Shown: positions 13,880 to 25,805, counted from the stretch's first letter. The stretch: 64,000 bases of DNA from Pristiophorus japonicus (GCF_044704955.1 NC_091985.1:37758001-37822000); one strand, 5' to 3'. Translations and numbers: made by a program. The notes: generated by a model not told the origin, from the sequence alone.

Positions 13880-14584
13880 GGCTCTGAAATTGCAGTGTCT
13901 GTGAAGAAATGCCCCCGCATGCTCCGGATTTCCGCATGCGCAAAATCCGGAACTTGCAGCATGTCAACGTACACGCTGACAGGACACCTGCAGGGGGTCC
14001 GAAAAAGCAAACGCTGGCGCAGAGTTGGGCCATTTGTTCAGCAATTGCCCATATAAGTCTTATGATAGAATCAAGCAGGTGTGGGGCCGGCTTGCATCAG
14101 CGTAAAGGGCCATCTAAGCCTTAAATTAACCATTTTTATATTCTAAATTATGCACATACACTTGATTAAATTAGTTTATGCAAATATCAGCCCAGATTAC
14201 AGTCTTAATAATGTTTAAAATGATCAAAAATGAACGTGTTTTTTTTATTGAGGTTGGTGCAATGAAGGAACTTATGAATAAAATTGCAATTTTGTACATT
14301 GTATAATTAGATTCGGGAATTCCACTGTATATCATTAGGCGATTCCCTTCGTAAATGACTGAAATGGAATGCTCCTTTGTCATTGGAGTACAGGGCCCAC
14401 ATGATTCCAGGTACACTTTCAAACCGCCCGAGTCCCTGCGATCTGTGGACCATTACGTTGCCCTTTGCCTTGAGAGCCGTGACCTCAACTCTACGCAGCC
14501 TGGGCGCCAGGAGGTACTTTTGTAATTGTTTCGCGGGTCGGAGGCGTACTCCTGAGTTACGTCTCCAACCGCAGTCTCTAGGCC
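13880..14584. mobile_element. Probable non-autonomous DNA transposon (Harbinger-type MITE)
   Basis: Flanked by AAT on both sides; weak TIR ggctctgaaattgcag / ccgcagtctctaggcc; CpG-rich ends, AT-rich core. Confidence 0.5.
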
Positions 14585-14692
14585 AATGCTTCTTGGGTTG
14601 TAAAATTCTAGGAATAAACTAAAAATACTGCCGTCCTTTGATTTTGATTCTGAAAAGTTGCTACAGTCCTCAAAAGAGTTAAAGATTCTTAC

Positions 14693-14887
14693 CACATCTG
14701 AACTTTTTGCAACTAGTTTCTTCAGTTTTTTCTCCAGAATATCGTACACTTGCAAAGCAATGTTCAAACCATCTACTTCAGACAGTTTCTCCAAGGCCTG
14801 AACTAAAGCAAAACTTAGTATATTGGAGATCAGCTTCTGTTCCAGGTTTGAGCGCTCTTTTCCAATGACTTGCACGAGATTTCCCAT
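14693..14887 (-). CDS. HEATR1: HEATR1 exon 17 (195 nt): MGNLVQVIGKERSNLEQK...LEKKLKKLVAKSSDV
   Basis: tgcag acceptor, GTAAGA donor, phase 0-0; diverged but positionally homologous (NLKQK, LQKKIKKL). Confidence 0.87.
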
Positions 14888-15051
14888 CTGCAAACAAAGC
14901 AATGAATACAGTCACACTTCTTAGCAACACTGACAGTATTTTATGCTGCTCACTGTGAGGGCCCCCTTTATGTTCCCACCCACTGCCGTAAAACTTAATT
15001 TCAATATCATGAAATTGTATCATAACTGAATCAATCACCTTTGCCCCTTCC

Positions 15052-15395
15052 TTGGGTGCGGGGGGAATGTTCCCGGTGTTGGGTGGATCCGGAGGCGGAG
15101 GGTGGCATGCTCTTGGGATGGGGATGGGCTGTTTGGGGCTGGGATTGGGAAGAGACTTCTTCACTCGGGGAGTTGTTGGCCTGTGGGGTTCCCTGCCGCG
15201 GAGAGTTGTTGATGCCAGTTCATTGGATGTGTTCGAGAGGGAGTTGGATGTGGTCCTTGCGGCTGGGGGGGGGGGGCGGTCAGGGGGGTGTGGAGGGGGA
15301 GGTGCTGGGGTGGGTGATCAGCCATGATCTTGTTGAATGGCGGTGCAGGCTCGAAGGGCAGAATGGCCTACTCCTGCACCTATTTTCTATGTTTC
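15052..15395 (+). mobile_element. CR1 3' fragment with dense A>G substitutions
   Basis: Aligns by eye to CR1 at 57529-57874 with many A's read as G; terminal ~70 nt almost unchanged. Confidence 0.9.
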
Positions 15396-16269
15396 CTCTA
15401 AGCAGTTGTTTATGCATCATTGTTATACTTAAAAAAACATTCTAAAAGTGAAGTTCGACCAGTTACAAATATGCTAAAGTTGGCAATAAAACAGGAGAAA
15501 TTGTTTAGTTCAGTGATCCCAAAAGCTGATACCCAGTCTTTGTGTTTTGTAAAGGAAACCGGCGCTCATTTTAAGTGAACATTTTTAAGCAGTAATCAGT
15601 CTCACAAATATTCTCTCTTCCTCGCTGCCCAATCATAGAATACCCCGGATTACAGTTTAACCATAAATTTCGATTTGAACATAATTTAATTACTACTTCA
15701 CTTATAATTTCTCCTTTGCAGTAGTTGTAAGGCTCATCCATTCCTGGAGTCTGAATCTTTCACAAGCATTTCCAATCTCTGCTGTTAGTATTTATATTTA
15801 TTTAATAATTCCATTCAGTGTATTTAATCCTTCAGGTTCCATTGAACATAATTTTTCCAAGTTGTGTCACTTAATACATTTAATTTTTACGATATTTATT
15901 TAATTTCCATCTCTAGAGTTAACTTTTTCCCTCCCAAGGCTCAGCCACTGAATATGCTGAAGCCTGCTCATTAATATTTATTTACTTTATTTTCCATTAA
16001 GTGCAGCTGTCGCACTCGCCCACTCCCGTCCTCCCCGCTTGTTCCTTTCAGCCCTGGCCTACCTCCCTGTCCAAGACCTCCTGCTTGCTCACTGGAGGCC
16101 TGTAAGAAATCAGGAATGGCCTGGGAGGATGGGGACATATCTTGGGATTAGGATGTTTACCTTAACTCAACAAGATGTCACATGCCCCATCTGTCCTGCC
16201 AGGGAGAGACCAAGTTGTTGGTATGACTACTGCTATAGCCCTGAATTTGGCTGCAGATCTCCGCTGGAG

Positions 16270-16560
16270 ATTAAAGGACAAAGGAGACTGAGAGACAAGT
16301 GGAAAGAGGAAGTGTGTCAGAGGCATACAGAGTGGCAGATTTAGAGAAAAAGAGATGAGCGAGAAGACAAGATATACAGAGAAAGAGTGAGAACAAGAGA
16401 TAGATGGAGAAAGTGTGCGCGAGAGACAGTGAGAAACCATGCAAGAGGCAATGAGAAAGAGCAAGAGACAGAAAATAAAAGCAAAGAGAGAAAAAAGTGG
16501 AAGAAAAAGCCAAAAAATGAGAAAAGGCAGTGGATCAGTTACAGAGAGGATGGACTTAAA
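16270..16560. repeat. GA-rich low-complexity tract
   Basis: Purine-rich (gaga/aaag) stretch without a fixed unit. Confidence 0.7.
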
Positions 16561-16945
16561 AAAATGTGTCCATGAGCAATGCGTAAGAGCTAACTGGTGT
16601 AATAGTAATTGTTTCAAACAAGAGTTCCACAATAGCAGATAGGCCATACAGACAAGGAAGATTCCAGGTTTGATCCCTGGTCCCTGCTGACTTGGCGAAA
16701 ATCAAACAGTCTGCCAATACTCTCCATCAAAGCACTCATAAGCAATGGCCACTTGGCACCAAGGAAACATGGGAGAGTACAAGACTGGAAAAGACACTGT
16801 ACTTCATCTGGCTAATCCTGAAAATGGTTCACTCGCTCAAATATTTCTGCCAATTTGCTCTTAAATTCTCCAGGAGGGCGAGGTGGGGGTGATTTAGAAT
16901 TAGTTTCAACAATAATGTTTAATTTTCTTAAAATGTTTCACTTAC

Positions 16946-17067
16946 TGTTTGAGCCCTAACAGGAGGCTCCATCAAACACAAGTTATTCACCAGAAGCTGG
17001 ATCAATTTCTGATTTGCTTCACCCACAACTTCTTCTGATTTACAGCTGCTAATAACTGTTTCGAGTG
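16946..17067 (-). CDS. HEATR1: HEATR1 exon 16 (122 nt): LETVISSCKSEEVVGEANQKLIQLLVNNL...
   Basis: cacag acceptor, GTAAGT donor; ANQK motif. Confidence 0.92.
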
Positions 17068-17264
17068 CTGTGAAGAAAACAAGATCTGTAAAGCTAGCTT
17101 CAAGCAGAGAACATGGTACTTGTAATAACATAAGTGGGAACAATTTGCTCTTAATTGAACAACAGCGCAAAAAGAATTTTGCAAATCAGTAATTCCGCTT
17201 GTGTATAATCAGTATATGCAGCGTGCTCTACGAGTGCTATTTAAATGCATATACACCATACAAT

Positions 17265-18046
17265 GGGCCAGAGTTGCCTTTCAAATCATCCATTTACCAC
17301 CCATAAACACACGTTTCCTCTCAAATCGCCTATTTACCGCCCAGATATCGCCCAGCTGTAAATTCCAGTGTCATTACTGCCGGGCGATGTTCGATAATGT
17401 CTGTCCCTATATTACCACCCAAAATGGAGGTTTCAGCATTTAAGATCTGTTTACCACCGGACCTTAATACTGAAAAAGCAGGCCTTACTGGATCTTAAGT
17501 GGGCGGAATGGACACAGATCTGACAGGTTTGTTTGATATTACACAGATCTTTATAGTTCTCCATAGTTTAATGTATTTTTTAAATGGATTGTAGTATTTT
17601 CTAGTGTAAGGCAATAATATAAATGGTCTAAGCCTTAGTTACTCCTTTAGTCTTTCTCAGCCCCAGGTCTCTCCTCCCCCGCTCCCCCCCCCACCCCCCA
17701 GTCTTCCTCCCCCCCACAGCAATCTCACTCTCTCCTCCCCCCCACCCCACACAGGATCGCAGGCCGACAGTCTCTTGCCTCTCCCGGGGGGGGGGGGGGG
17801 GGGGAAGTGTGACAGCCGCGCGCGCATGCGCACAACTTAGGAGCCGAAAATTCCCGAGTCGATAGTCCTCCTCCGCCACACACCGCCCGCTGCACTTCGC
17901 TCCCGCACTGCTTCGCCGCTGCCGGCATGGAGCATCCGAAAACTGCGGGAGCACGCACCAGCTGCATTCCGGCGGTTGAAAAAGACGCAACCGCCGGAAC
18001 ACCGCTAAGGATCGGGTGGGGGCGATTTAAAAGGAAAATCCAGCCC
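17265..18046. mobile_element. Non-autonomous DNA transposon (Harbinger-type MITE)
   Basis: TIR gggccagagttgcctttcaaatc vs reverse complement of right end gggctggattttccttttaaatc (18/23 by eye); CpG-rich subtermini. Confidence 0.65.
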
Positions 18047-18344
18047 ACAGATCTTTAAAATCATGAGCAATCATTGAAATCTAGGTCGGATAATAAAGGA
18101 GTTCGATTGTTGCACTCCTGAGTCCTGTTATTGCACAAGTCGATATAGGGCAGTGTGCGTCAACTTTCATAAAAAGCAGGCATTCAAGTGGCTTAAGGAA
18201 GCAACTGACAGTACTGTACACAAGAAGATACCCAAAGTTGTCTCAAATTTGTAACAGTGCACATAAAACAAATGCAATTCAATCTGACATATATTTAATA
18301 AAATTATCTTTCTACTAGTACTTTAGCTCCTCACTCCTGTACCA

Positions 18345-20700
18345 CTCCCCCAAGTGAATATGTGGAGCTAAGAAACATCAAAGTGCAGAACACATTGGTA
18401 GGAGTTGTTTTTAGGCTCCCAAACAGTAGTTGTAATGTAGGGCAGAGCATAAATCAGGAAATTAGTGGTACATGTAACAAGGGTAATACAGTAATTATGG
18501 GGGATTTTAATCTACATATAAATTGGGCAAACCAACTTTGTAATAATAGTGTGAAGGACAAATTCATGGAATGTATACAAGATAGTTTTCTAGACCAGTA
18601 TGTTAAGGAACCAGTAAGTGAACAGGATATTTTAGATCGAGTATGTGCAATGAAAAAGGGTTAATTAATAACCTTGTAGTAAAGGAGCCTTTAGGGAAGA
18701 GTGACCATATTATGATAGAATCTGAAAGTGATTTATTAAATCCTAAATCTAAACAAAGCAAACTACGTAGATATGAGGGGCGGGTTGGCTAACTACATTA
18801 AAAGGTGCGACGATAGACAATCAATGGCTAACATTTAAAATATTAATACATAATTTACAACAAATATACATTCCTTTAAGGCACAAAAACCCCACAGGAA
18901 AAGTGGTCAAATTGTGGCTAACAAGAGAAGTTAAAAATAGTATTAGATCAAAGGGAGAGGATTATAATGTTGCCAAAAAGAGTAGTAAGTCTAAGGATTG
19001 GGAGGATGTTAGAATTCAGCAAAGGAGGACCAAGAAATTGATGAAGAAAGGGAAAATAGAATGAGCGTAAACTAGCGAGTGACATATAAACAGACTGGAA
19101 AAGCTTCGAGAGGTATGTAAAAAGGAAAAGATTCTGGAAAGTAAATGTGGGTCCCTTACATGCTAAGACAGGAGAAATTATAATGGGGAAAAAAGACTTG
19201 GATTTATGTAACACCTTTCACGACCACCGGACATCTCAGTGCTTTACAGCCAATGAAGTACTTTTGGAATGTAGTCACCGTTGTAATGTAGGAAACACGG
19301 TAGCAAGCAAGCTCCCAAGGAATAAGGAAATGGCACAGAAATTAAACAAATACTGTGCGCCTGTCTTCATGGAAGAAGACGCAAAAAACTTCCTGGAAAT
19401 AGCGGAAAACCAAGGGTCCAGCGAGAATGAGGGACTGAAAGATATCAGTATTAATAAAAAAATGAATGGGACTGAAATACTGATAAATCCCCTGGACCTG
19501 ATGGCCAACATTCTAGGGTTTTGAAAGAGCTGGCAAAAGAGATAGTGGATGCATTGGTTGTCATCTTCCAAAATTCGATAGATTCTAGAACAGTTCCTGT
19601 GGATTGGAAGGTAGCAAATGCAACCTCACTATTTAAGAAAGGAGTGAGAGAGAAACGGGGAAGTGCAGACCAGTTAGCCTGACATCAGTATTAGGAAAAA
19701 TGCTAGAATCTATTAAATACGTGGAAACTTAGAAAATAATAATAGGGCAGAGTCAATACGGATTTATGAAAGAAATCATGTTTGATGCATCTGTTGGAGT
19801 TTTTTTGAGGTTGTAACCAGCAGAATAGACCAGTGGATGTGGTGTATTTGGATTTTCAGAAGGCATTCAATAAAGTGCCACACAAGAGGTTATTAAACAA
19901 AATTAGGGCTCATGGGATTGGGGGTAATATACCAGCATGGATTGAGCATTGGTTAATGAACAGAAAACAGAGAGTAGGAATAAACGAGTCACTTTCGGGT
20001 TGACAGGTTGTAACTAGTGGAATACCGCAAGAATTGGTGCTTGGGCTCCAGCTATTCCCAATCTATATCAATGATTTGAATGAGGGGACCAAATGTAATA
20101 TATCCAAGTCTGCTAATGATACAAATTTAGGTGGGAATGTAAGTTGTGAGGAGGATGCAAAGAGGCTTCAAGGGGATATAGACAGGCTAAGTGAGTGGGC
20201 AAGAGCATGGCAAATGGAATATTATATGGAGGAATATGAAGTTATCCACTTTGGTAGGAAAAATAGAAAAGCAAAGTATTTTTTAAATGGTGAAAGGTTG
20301 GGAAATGTTGGTCTTCAGAGGGACCTGGGTGTCCTTGTACACGAATCACTGAAAGTTAACATGCAGGTACAGCAAGCAATTAGAAAAGCAAATGGTATGT
20401 TAGCCTTTATTACAAGAGGATTTGAGTATAAGAGTAAAGGCATCTTATTGCAATTATATAGAGCCCTGGTGAGACCACACCTGGAGTGTTGTGTACAGTT
20501 TTGGTCTCCTTACCCAAGGAAGGATATATTCGCCATTGAGGGACTGCAACGAAGGTTCACCAGACTGATTCCTGGGATGGGGGAGGGGCGGGGGGGGGAT
20601 GAGGAGAGATTGAGTAGACTAGGCCATTATTTTCTAGAGTTTAGAAGAATGAGAAGTGATCTCATTGAAACATACAAAATTCTTACAGGGCTTGACAGAC
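18345..20700 (+). mobile_element. Degenerate CR1 ORF2 (APE endonuclease through RT)
   Basis: IMGDFNLHINW, FLDQYVKEP, LALVRPHLE.CVQFWSP-type motifs; many stops; SINE fragment inserted at ~19190-19320. Confidence 0.9.
19190..19320 (-). mobile_element. Deu-SINE 3' fragment nested in CR1
   Basis: aaagacttg...ctttacagccaatgaagtac, the reverse complement of the SINE tail. Confidence 0.8.
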
Positions 20701-20957
20701 TAAATATTGGTTTTATTGCCCCATGGAGACCCTCAATTAGGGCCTCCCTCTATGCAATGCCCGATAGGTGATACCACTAACAGGTTGGTTGTCAGCAATA
20801 TCATCGGAATGGCCTTGTGGAGGACTCTGCTGACAATATAATAAAATATCAAAGAAATATGACATTTGTCATTTTCTTCCAAAGAAAAATAGGGAATATT
20901 TTGAACAAAGTTATGCCAAAAAATGTTAACATTGAAAATAACGGAGTATTGTCAAAT

Positions 20958-21162
20958 CATAGAAACATAGAAAATAGGTGCAGGAGTAGGCCATTCGGCC
21001 CTTCAAGCCTGCACCGCCATTCAATGAGTTCATGGCTGAACATGCAACTTCAGTACCCCATTCCTGCTTTCTCACCATACCCCTTGATCCCCCTAGTAGT
21101 AAGGACTACATCTAACTCCTTTTTGAATATATTTAGTGAATTGGCCTCAACAACTTTCTGTG
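20958..21162 (-). mobile_element. Short CR1 3' end
   Basis: catagaaacatagaaa tail; near-identical (inverted) to 30130-30330. Confidence 0.9.
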
Positions 21163-21639
21163 GATTAAAAATCATTGGTGGTTTGCAGGGTGATTGATCA
21201 GCAACACTCATTGTGTATGTCAGAGTATGAACAGTGTTCGAGTACGTGCGCGGATCTCTGCCTTCCAAAGCTCATGTGAGCAGGCAGGGAACATATAACT
21301 TCCCTTTGTACTAATGTGTAACAAAGCCATTGCTGCTTCAATGCAGTGCAGGGGAATGAATATTTTAGTCTTAGTTGTTCCCCCACCCATTTCTTCCCCT
21401 TTACCGTACTTTTTTTCTCATACACTGCCTTGTTTATTTTCTTCCCTTCAGCTCATTTTCCCATTACTTTTAATTTTATTTTAAAAAATTATATTGCAAG
21501 TCCTTCTCACATTTTATTTTATGTTCCCTGTTCCCTTACTAAAGAATGCTAAGGAGCTAACTCAGAATCCACAGCATTGATGAAAGCCCCAATTAAATCT
21601 AATCAGTCCCTATAGTTTTAATTGGGATCTTTCACTGAT

Positions 21640-22111
21640 GCAGTGGGCCACCCCGACCTGTGTGAGAACACCATCGCAGGTCGGGACTATAAATAGAGCT
21701 GGAGCGCCAGGCCCTGGAACATCATGGGCTGCCCCGACCTGTGTGAGAACACCACCACAGGTCAGAGTTGTAAATACAGCTGGAGGCCAAGCCCTGGAAC
21801 ATCATGGCGGAGATGCGGCGAATGAGGGTACAGGACCCAGAAGAGCAGAGGGCCCACAGACCGTCCACACTGCAATGTGCGCGCGCACTAGGTCCGTGCA
21901 GCAGAGCAGGTCTCCAGTCATCCTGGTTAATCCTTGCTGCTGCATAAAGGCCGAGCTGATGTGTAAGGGTCACCACATGTTAAAAAAAATTCACACACAG
22001 GCATCTTCCACCCGCTCAACTGGAGTTCAGCACTGGAACATCGGGTCCTTCATTGAAACATCTGTGAACTCTCGTGGAAGCAAGTCATCCTCGTTTGAGG
22101 GACCGCCTATG
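21640..22111 (+). mobile_element. Short non-autonomous element with an RTE 3' tail (SINE or bipartite RTE derivative)
   Basis: Ends gtggaagcaagtcatcctcg..gagggaccgcctatga, like the RTE tail at 12570-12615; body shared with 23826-24103. Confidence 0.75.
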
Positions 22112-22509
22112 ACTATTTTGTCTCCATGGTGCTCAAACGAAGGAATACACAATGGAGCCTGGATTAATTGGCATAGTGCAGACGGGAAATCATGATTTCC
22201 TGCACAAGACTCTTGCCAACTGCAGTGTAGGAGAGTTGGTAAGCCCATGAATGAGGCCGGATCCTGTCAAGAGCTGTCAACAGCCATATAACAAAATACA
22301 CCTGACAATGATCAATATTCAGCCTCACCAATTTTTTTCCTCAGCATTTCAAAAGTCATATAAAAAAAAAAAAGAGTGCCTCAAGTGCATTAACGTTCTG
22401 TCCATTAAATAATGGGACGGAGTCCTACAACAGTGACTACATTCCAAAAGTACTTCATTGGCTGTAAAGCACTTTGAGAATTCCGGTGGTCGTGAAAGGA
22501 GCTATATTC

Positions 22510-23346
22510 CCAAAAATTTGGCAGATGGAGTATAATGTTGGAAAGTGCGAGGTTATGCATTTTGGCAGAAAAAAAAATCAAAGAATAAGTTATTATTTAA
22601 ATGGAGAAAAATTGCAAAATGCTGCAGTACAGCGGGACCTGGGGATCTTGGTGCATGAAACACAAAAGGATAGTACGCAGGTACAGCAAGAGATCAGGAA
22701 GGCCAATGGAATCTTGGTCTTTATTGCAAAGGGGAGTATAAAAACAGGGAAGTCTTGCTACAGTTATACAGGGTATTGGTGAGGCCACACCTGGAATACT
22801 GCGTGCAGTTTTGGTTTCCATATTTAAGAAAGGATATACTTGCTTTGGAGGTAGTTCAGAGAAGGTTCACTGGGTTGATTCCGGGGATGAGGGGGTTGAC
22901 TTATGAGGAAAGGTTGAGTAGGTTGGGCCTCTACTCATTGGAACTCATTGGAGAGCTGATCTTATCGAAACATACAAGATTATATGAGGTGGCTTGACAA
23001 GGTGGATGCAGAGAGGATGTTTCCATTGATAGGGGAGACTAGAACTAAGAGGCATAATAGAATAAGGGGCCGCCCATTTAAAACTGAGATGAGGAGGAAT
23101 TTCTTCTCTCAGAGGGTTGTAAATCTGTGAAATTCGCTGCCTCAGAGAGCTGTGGAAGCTGGGTCATTGAATAAATTTAAGACGAGATAAACAGTTTCTT
23201 AACTGATAAAGGAATAAGGGGTTATGGGGAACAGGCAGGGAAGTGGACCTGAGTCCATGATTGGATCAGCCACGATCGTTTTAAATGGCGGAGCAGGCTC
23301 GAGGGGCCATATGGCCTACTCCTGCTCCTATTTCTTCTGTTCTTAT
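22510..23346 (+). mobile_element. CR1 3' portion, preceded by a Deu-SINE tail at ~22428-22505
   Basis: [29 protein letters not shown]; ttcttat tail. Confidence 0.9.
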
Positions 23347-23495
23347 AAATGTAAGACTTCCTTTTCCCAATCTTACCCCAGCGCAGAGCAAAATATATTT
23401 TAAAGATATCATATTTTCAAAATGTACACCAAATTGAAGACACAGTTATTAACTGCTTGAGGCATGCAATAGTACCCCAAGCAAAGACCTTTTAC

Positions 23496-23707
23496 CTGCT
23501 GGCCAGCCATGGAGCAATGGAATCATGGAGCAGAGACCTGAATTAGCAATAAAGATTGTCATTTTCTGCTCAGCTGATGCTTTGGCTTGGTTGATCAGGA
23601 CCATGAAGGGCAATAGTTCCATCCATAAATGATTAGTCAGTGCTTCATTCCCATTACACAATCCTCCTCTGATTAAAAATGTAATTGCTTCTTCAAGAAC
23701 AACATGC
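23496..23707 (-). CDS. HEATR1: HEATR1 exon 15 (212 nt): HVVLEEAITFLIRGG...LLPFMVL...SGLCSMIPLLHGWPA
   Basis: cctag acceptor, GTAAAA donor; LLPFMV and PLLxGW conserved. Confidence 0.93.
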
Positions 23708-23795
23708 CTAGGAACACAACAGAAAATGTGACATGCTGCAAATATTTAAGAAACCCAAACGCACACAAATGTGAGACACACAGTAAAAGACATAT

Positions 23796-23816
23796 TATAT
23801 ATATATATATATATAT
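23796..23816. repeat. (TA)n microsatellite, ~10 units
   Basis: Direct reading. Confidence 0.9.
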
Positions 23817-23825
23817 CTTTTTCTT

Positions 23826-24103
23826 AGGTGGTGTCTCGTATCGAGGATGACTTGCTTCCACATCAAAAAGAGATGAGTTCACAAGTGTTTCGATGAAGGA
23901 CCTGATATTCCCGGTCCCGAACTACATGTTAAAGGGTGGAAAATGTCTGTGCGTGAAATTTTTTAACGTGTGGTGGCCGTTGTACACCAGCCACCACACG
24001 GGCTTGACAGAGCTCGGTCTTGGTCCAGTGGCAAGAGTTAACCAAGACGACTGGAAACCAGCTCTGCTGCACAGACCGAGCGCGCACATATCGCAGTGTG
24101 GGC
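23826..24103 (-). mobile_element. Second copy of the short RTE-tailed element
   Basis: gaggatgacttgcttccac tail (reverse strand); body homologous to 21865-22111. Confidence 0.75.
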
Positions 24104-24815
24104 TGCACACAGTAATATGTTTCCTTGGTACCAGATGTTTTTTTATAGCAAACAACAATTGTTGATGCAATGCTTTCTTCTTCCAGTGAGTGGTGCTATT
24201 GTACAACATACAATTCTTTGTGAAATTATGATTCTGTTCATCCACTGCACCAAATACTATGGCACTACTCCACGGTATTTGGTGCCCAGTTGAAGGCTTG
24301 CGACTGCTTCTGCCCCCCAAATTTAACAATTTCCAGTTTGTAGCTCTGACATAAGTTTATTATGCTCACTCTATACAATCACAAAACATCGCATTCACAA
24401 ATACAGATTAGAAAAGCCTTAGTTTGATCACTGGCTATGTCAGCTAGTGCAGCAGTAGACGTGGTGCAGGAGAATGGGCTATGGCTAGTGTTTCAGTTCC
24501 TGACATATTGTGACATGCTGAAAAATATGCGCCAGTGATGAGGACGGGATCAGGCATGGCTTGGATATCCTCAGGCAAAACTGACGTATTAGAATGACCA
24601 CTTGGACGATGTTCTTAATGGTAGCCAGTACCTGTTGAAATGTACTCATTTAGAAGACATCCTTCTGAAGATATTGGTTGTGGTGATGGGCGGTGGGGGG
24701 GGGGGGAAAGAGAGGGATGGAATGCCTACCGAAATCTGTCAGAACTCTGCTTTTTAATATTTTAATTATCTACGTTAATTATACAGTGCAGTCCCGTCCT
24801 TAAAATTACACCCAC

Positions 24816-24904
24816 CAATGCCCATTCTCAGAAAGGTCCACTCGTTGAAACAGCGACAAAAGACAAAAAACAGTCTCTTCTTGACCAAGGTGTCCAGAGT
24901 AAGC
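24816..24904 (-). CDS. HEATR1: HEATR1 exon 14 (89 nt): AYSGHLGQEETVFCLLSLFQRVDLSENGH
   Basis: Pyrimidine tract plus gtag acceptor, GTGGGT donor; matches LLNLFQRAELSKNGEW. Confidence 0.9.
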
Positions 24905-25805
24905 CTACAAAAGGAAGAGAATGAAGTCAAAAATTTAGCAGTAATATTTATCACTCTATTAAGCAAAAGCTTAGCTCTACCATAAGATACATTGGACAGC
25001 AACTCACTATAGCTGCCAGTGTGAATCAATGCTCATCAACTTTCAACCACACCAGGTCTCCCATGGGATTGTTTGTGGATGGCCTGTCATCTGGAGCATG
25101 GTTGTGATGTTGAGCTGCTACGATCAAACTGTGTCTCTCTTTAAGGCCACTGCTCATGGACTCCTCCCCGAGGGAAGTAGTCTTAAAAAGGCAAATTGTA
25201 GCTGCTTGTAAATTTTAGACTACGGGGTCAAAAGATTATTTTGCATCTCTAACAAAGTGCAACACTTTGAACTGTGCCACCTGCTGTATGGCAGATGTGC
25301 ACTAGATGCAAGATATTAGTTAATCTGTTGGTTGTAAAGTGCTTTGAGGAATGCCGATGTTGTGAAACAAGTTCTTTATGGAGACAGACAGACAAAAAAG
25401 TGAAATACAACTGACTTGTTTGTTATTCTCATTCAAGTTTGAGATAAAATGAAATCTTCTGCAGGTTAAATTCATATTAAGTGAGAAGTAATCCAAAAAC
25501 AAGAGCAAGCACCCTCAAAGTATAACGTCTGCCAACAATAAAATAGCAATTCGTTCAAAACTAAATGAGGCATTAGCTCCCACTAATGCAAAGCTGTAGT
25601 TCACCGCAAGCTCCCTGCAATTATAATACCCAACAGCAGTAAAATGACATCATGACAACTCCCCAGACAAGATTACAAACCCCGCATGTGACTTCCAAGA
25701 GGAAACCTATAGATGCCCCTTGTGCTCTACTCATTTCTGTGATTTAAAATAATAGGCGACATTGGCATCATCTTTTTTTTAAAAAAGAAAGCAAACTCAA
25801 CTCAC

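Noticed and set aside
16162-16647. Hydrophobic 161-aa ORF resembling a membrane protein
   Set aside because: It is a by-product of the GA/TC-rich low-complexity tract.
20578-20600. Second A>G hyper-edited tract (G run in CR1)
   Set aside because: Very short, flanking A's are unchanged, and it looks like a poly-G expansion like those at ~9660, 17786, 24695, 43180 and 45646.
25320-25520. Candidate for HEATR1 exon 14
   Set aside because: No frame resembles HEATR1; the real exon with correct phases is 24816-24904.
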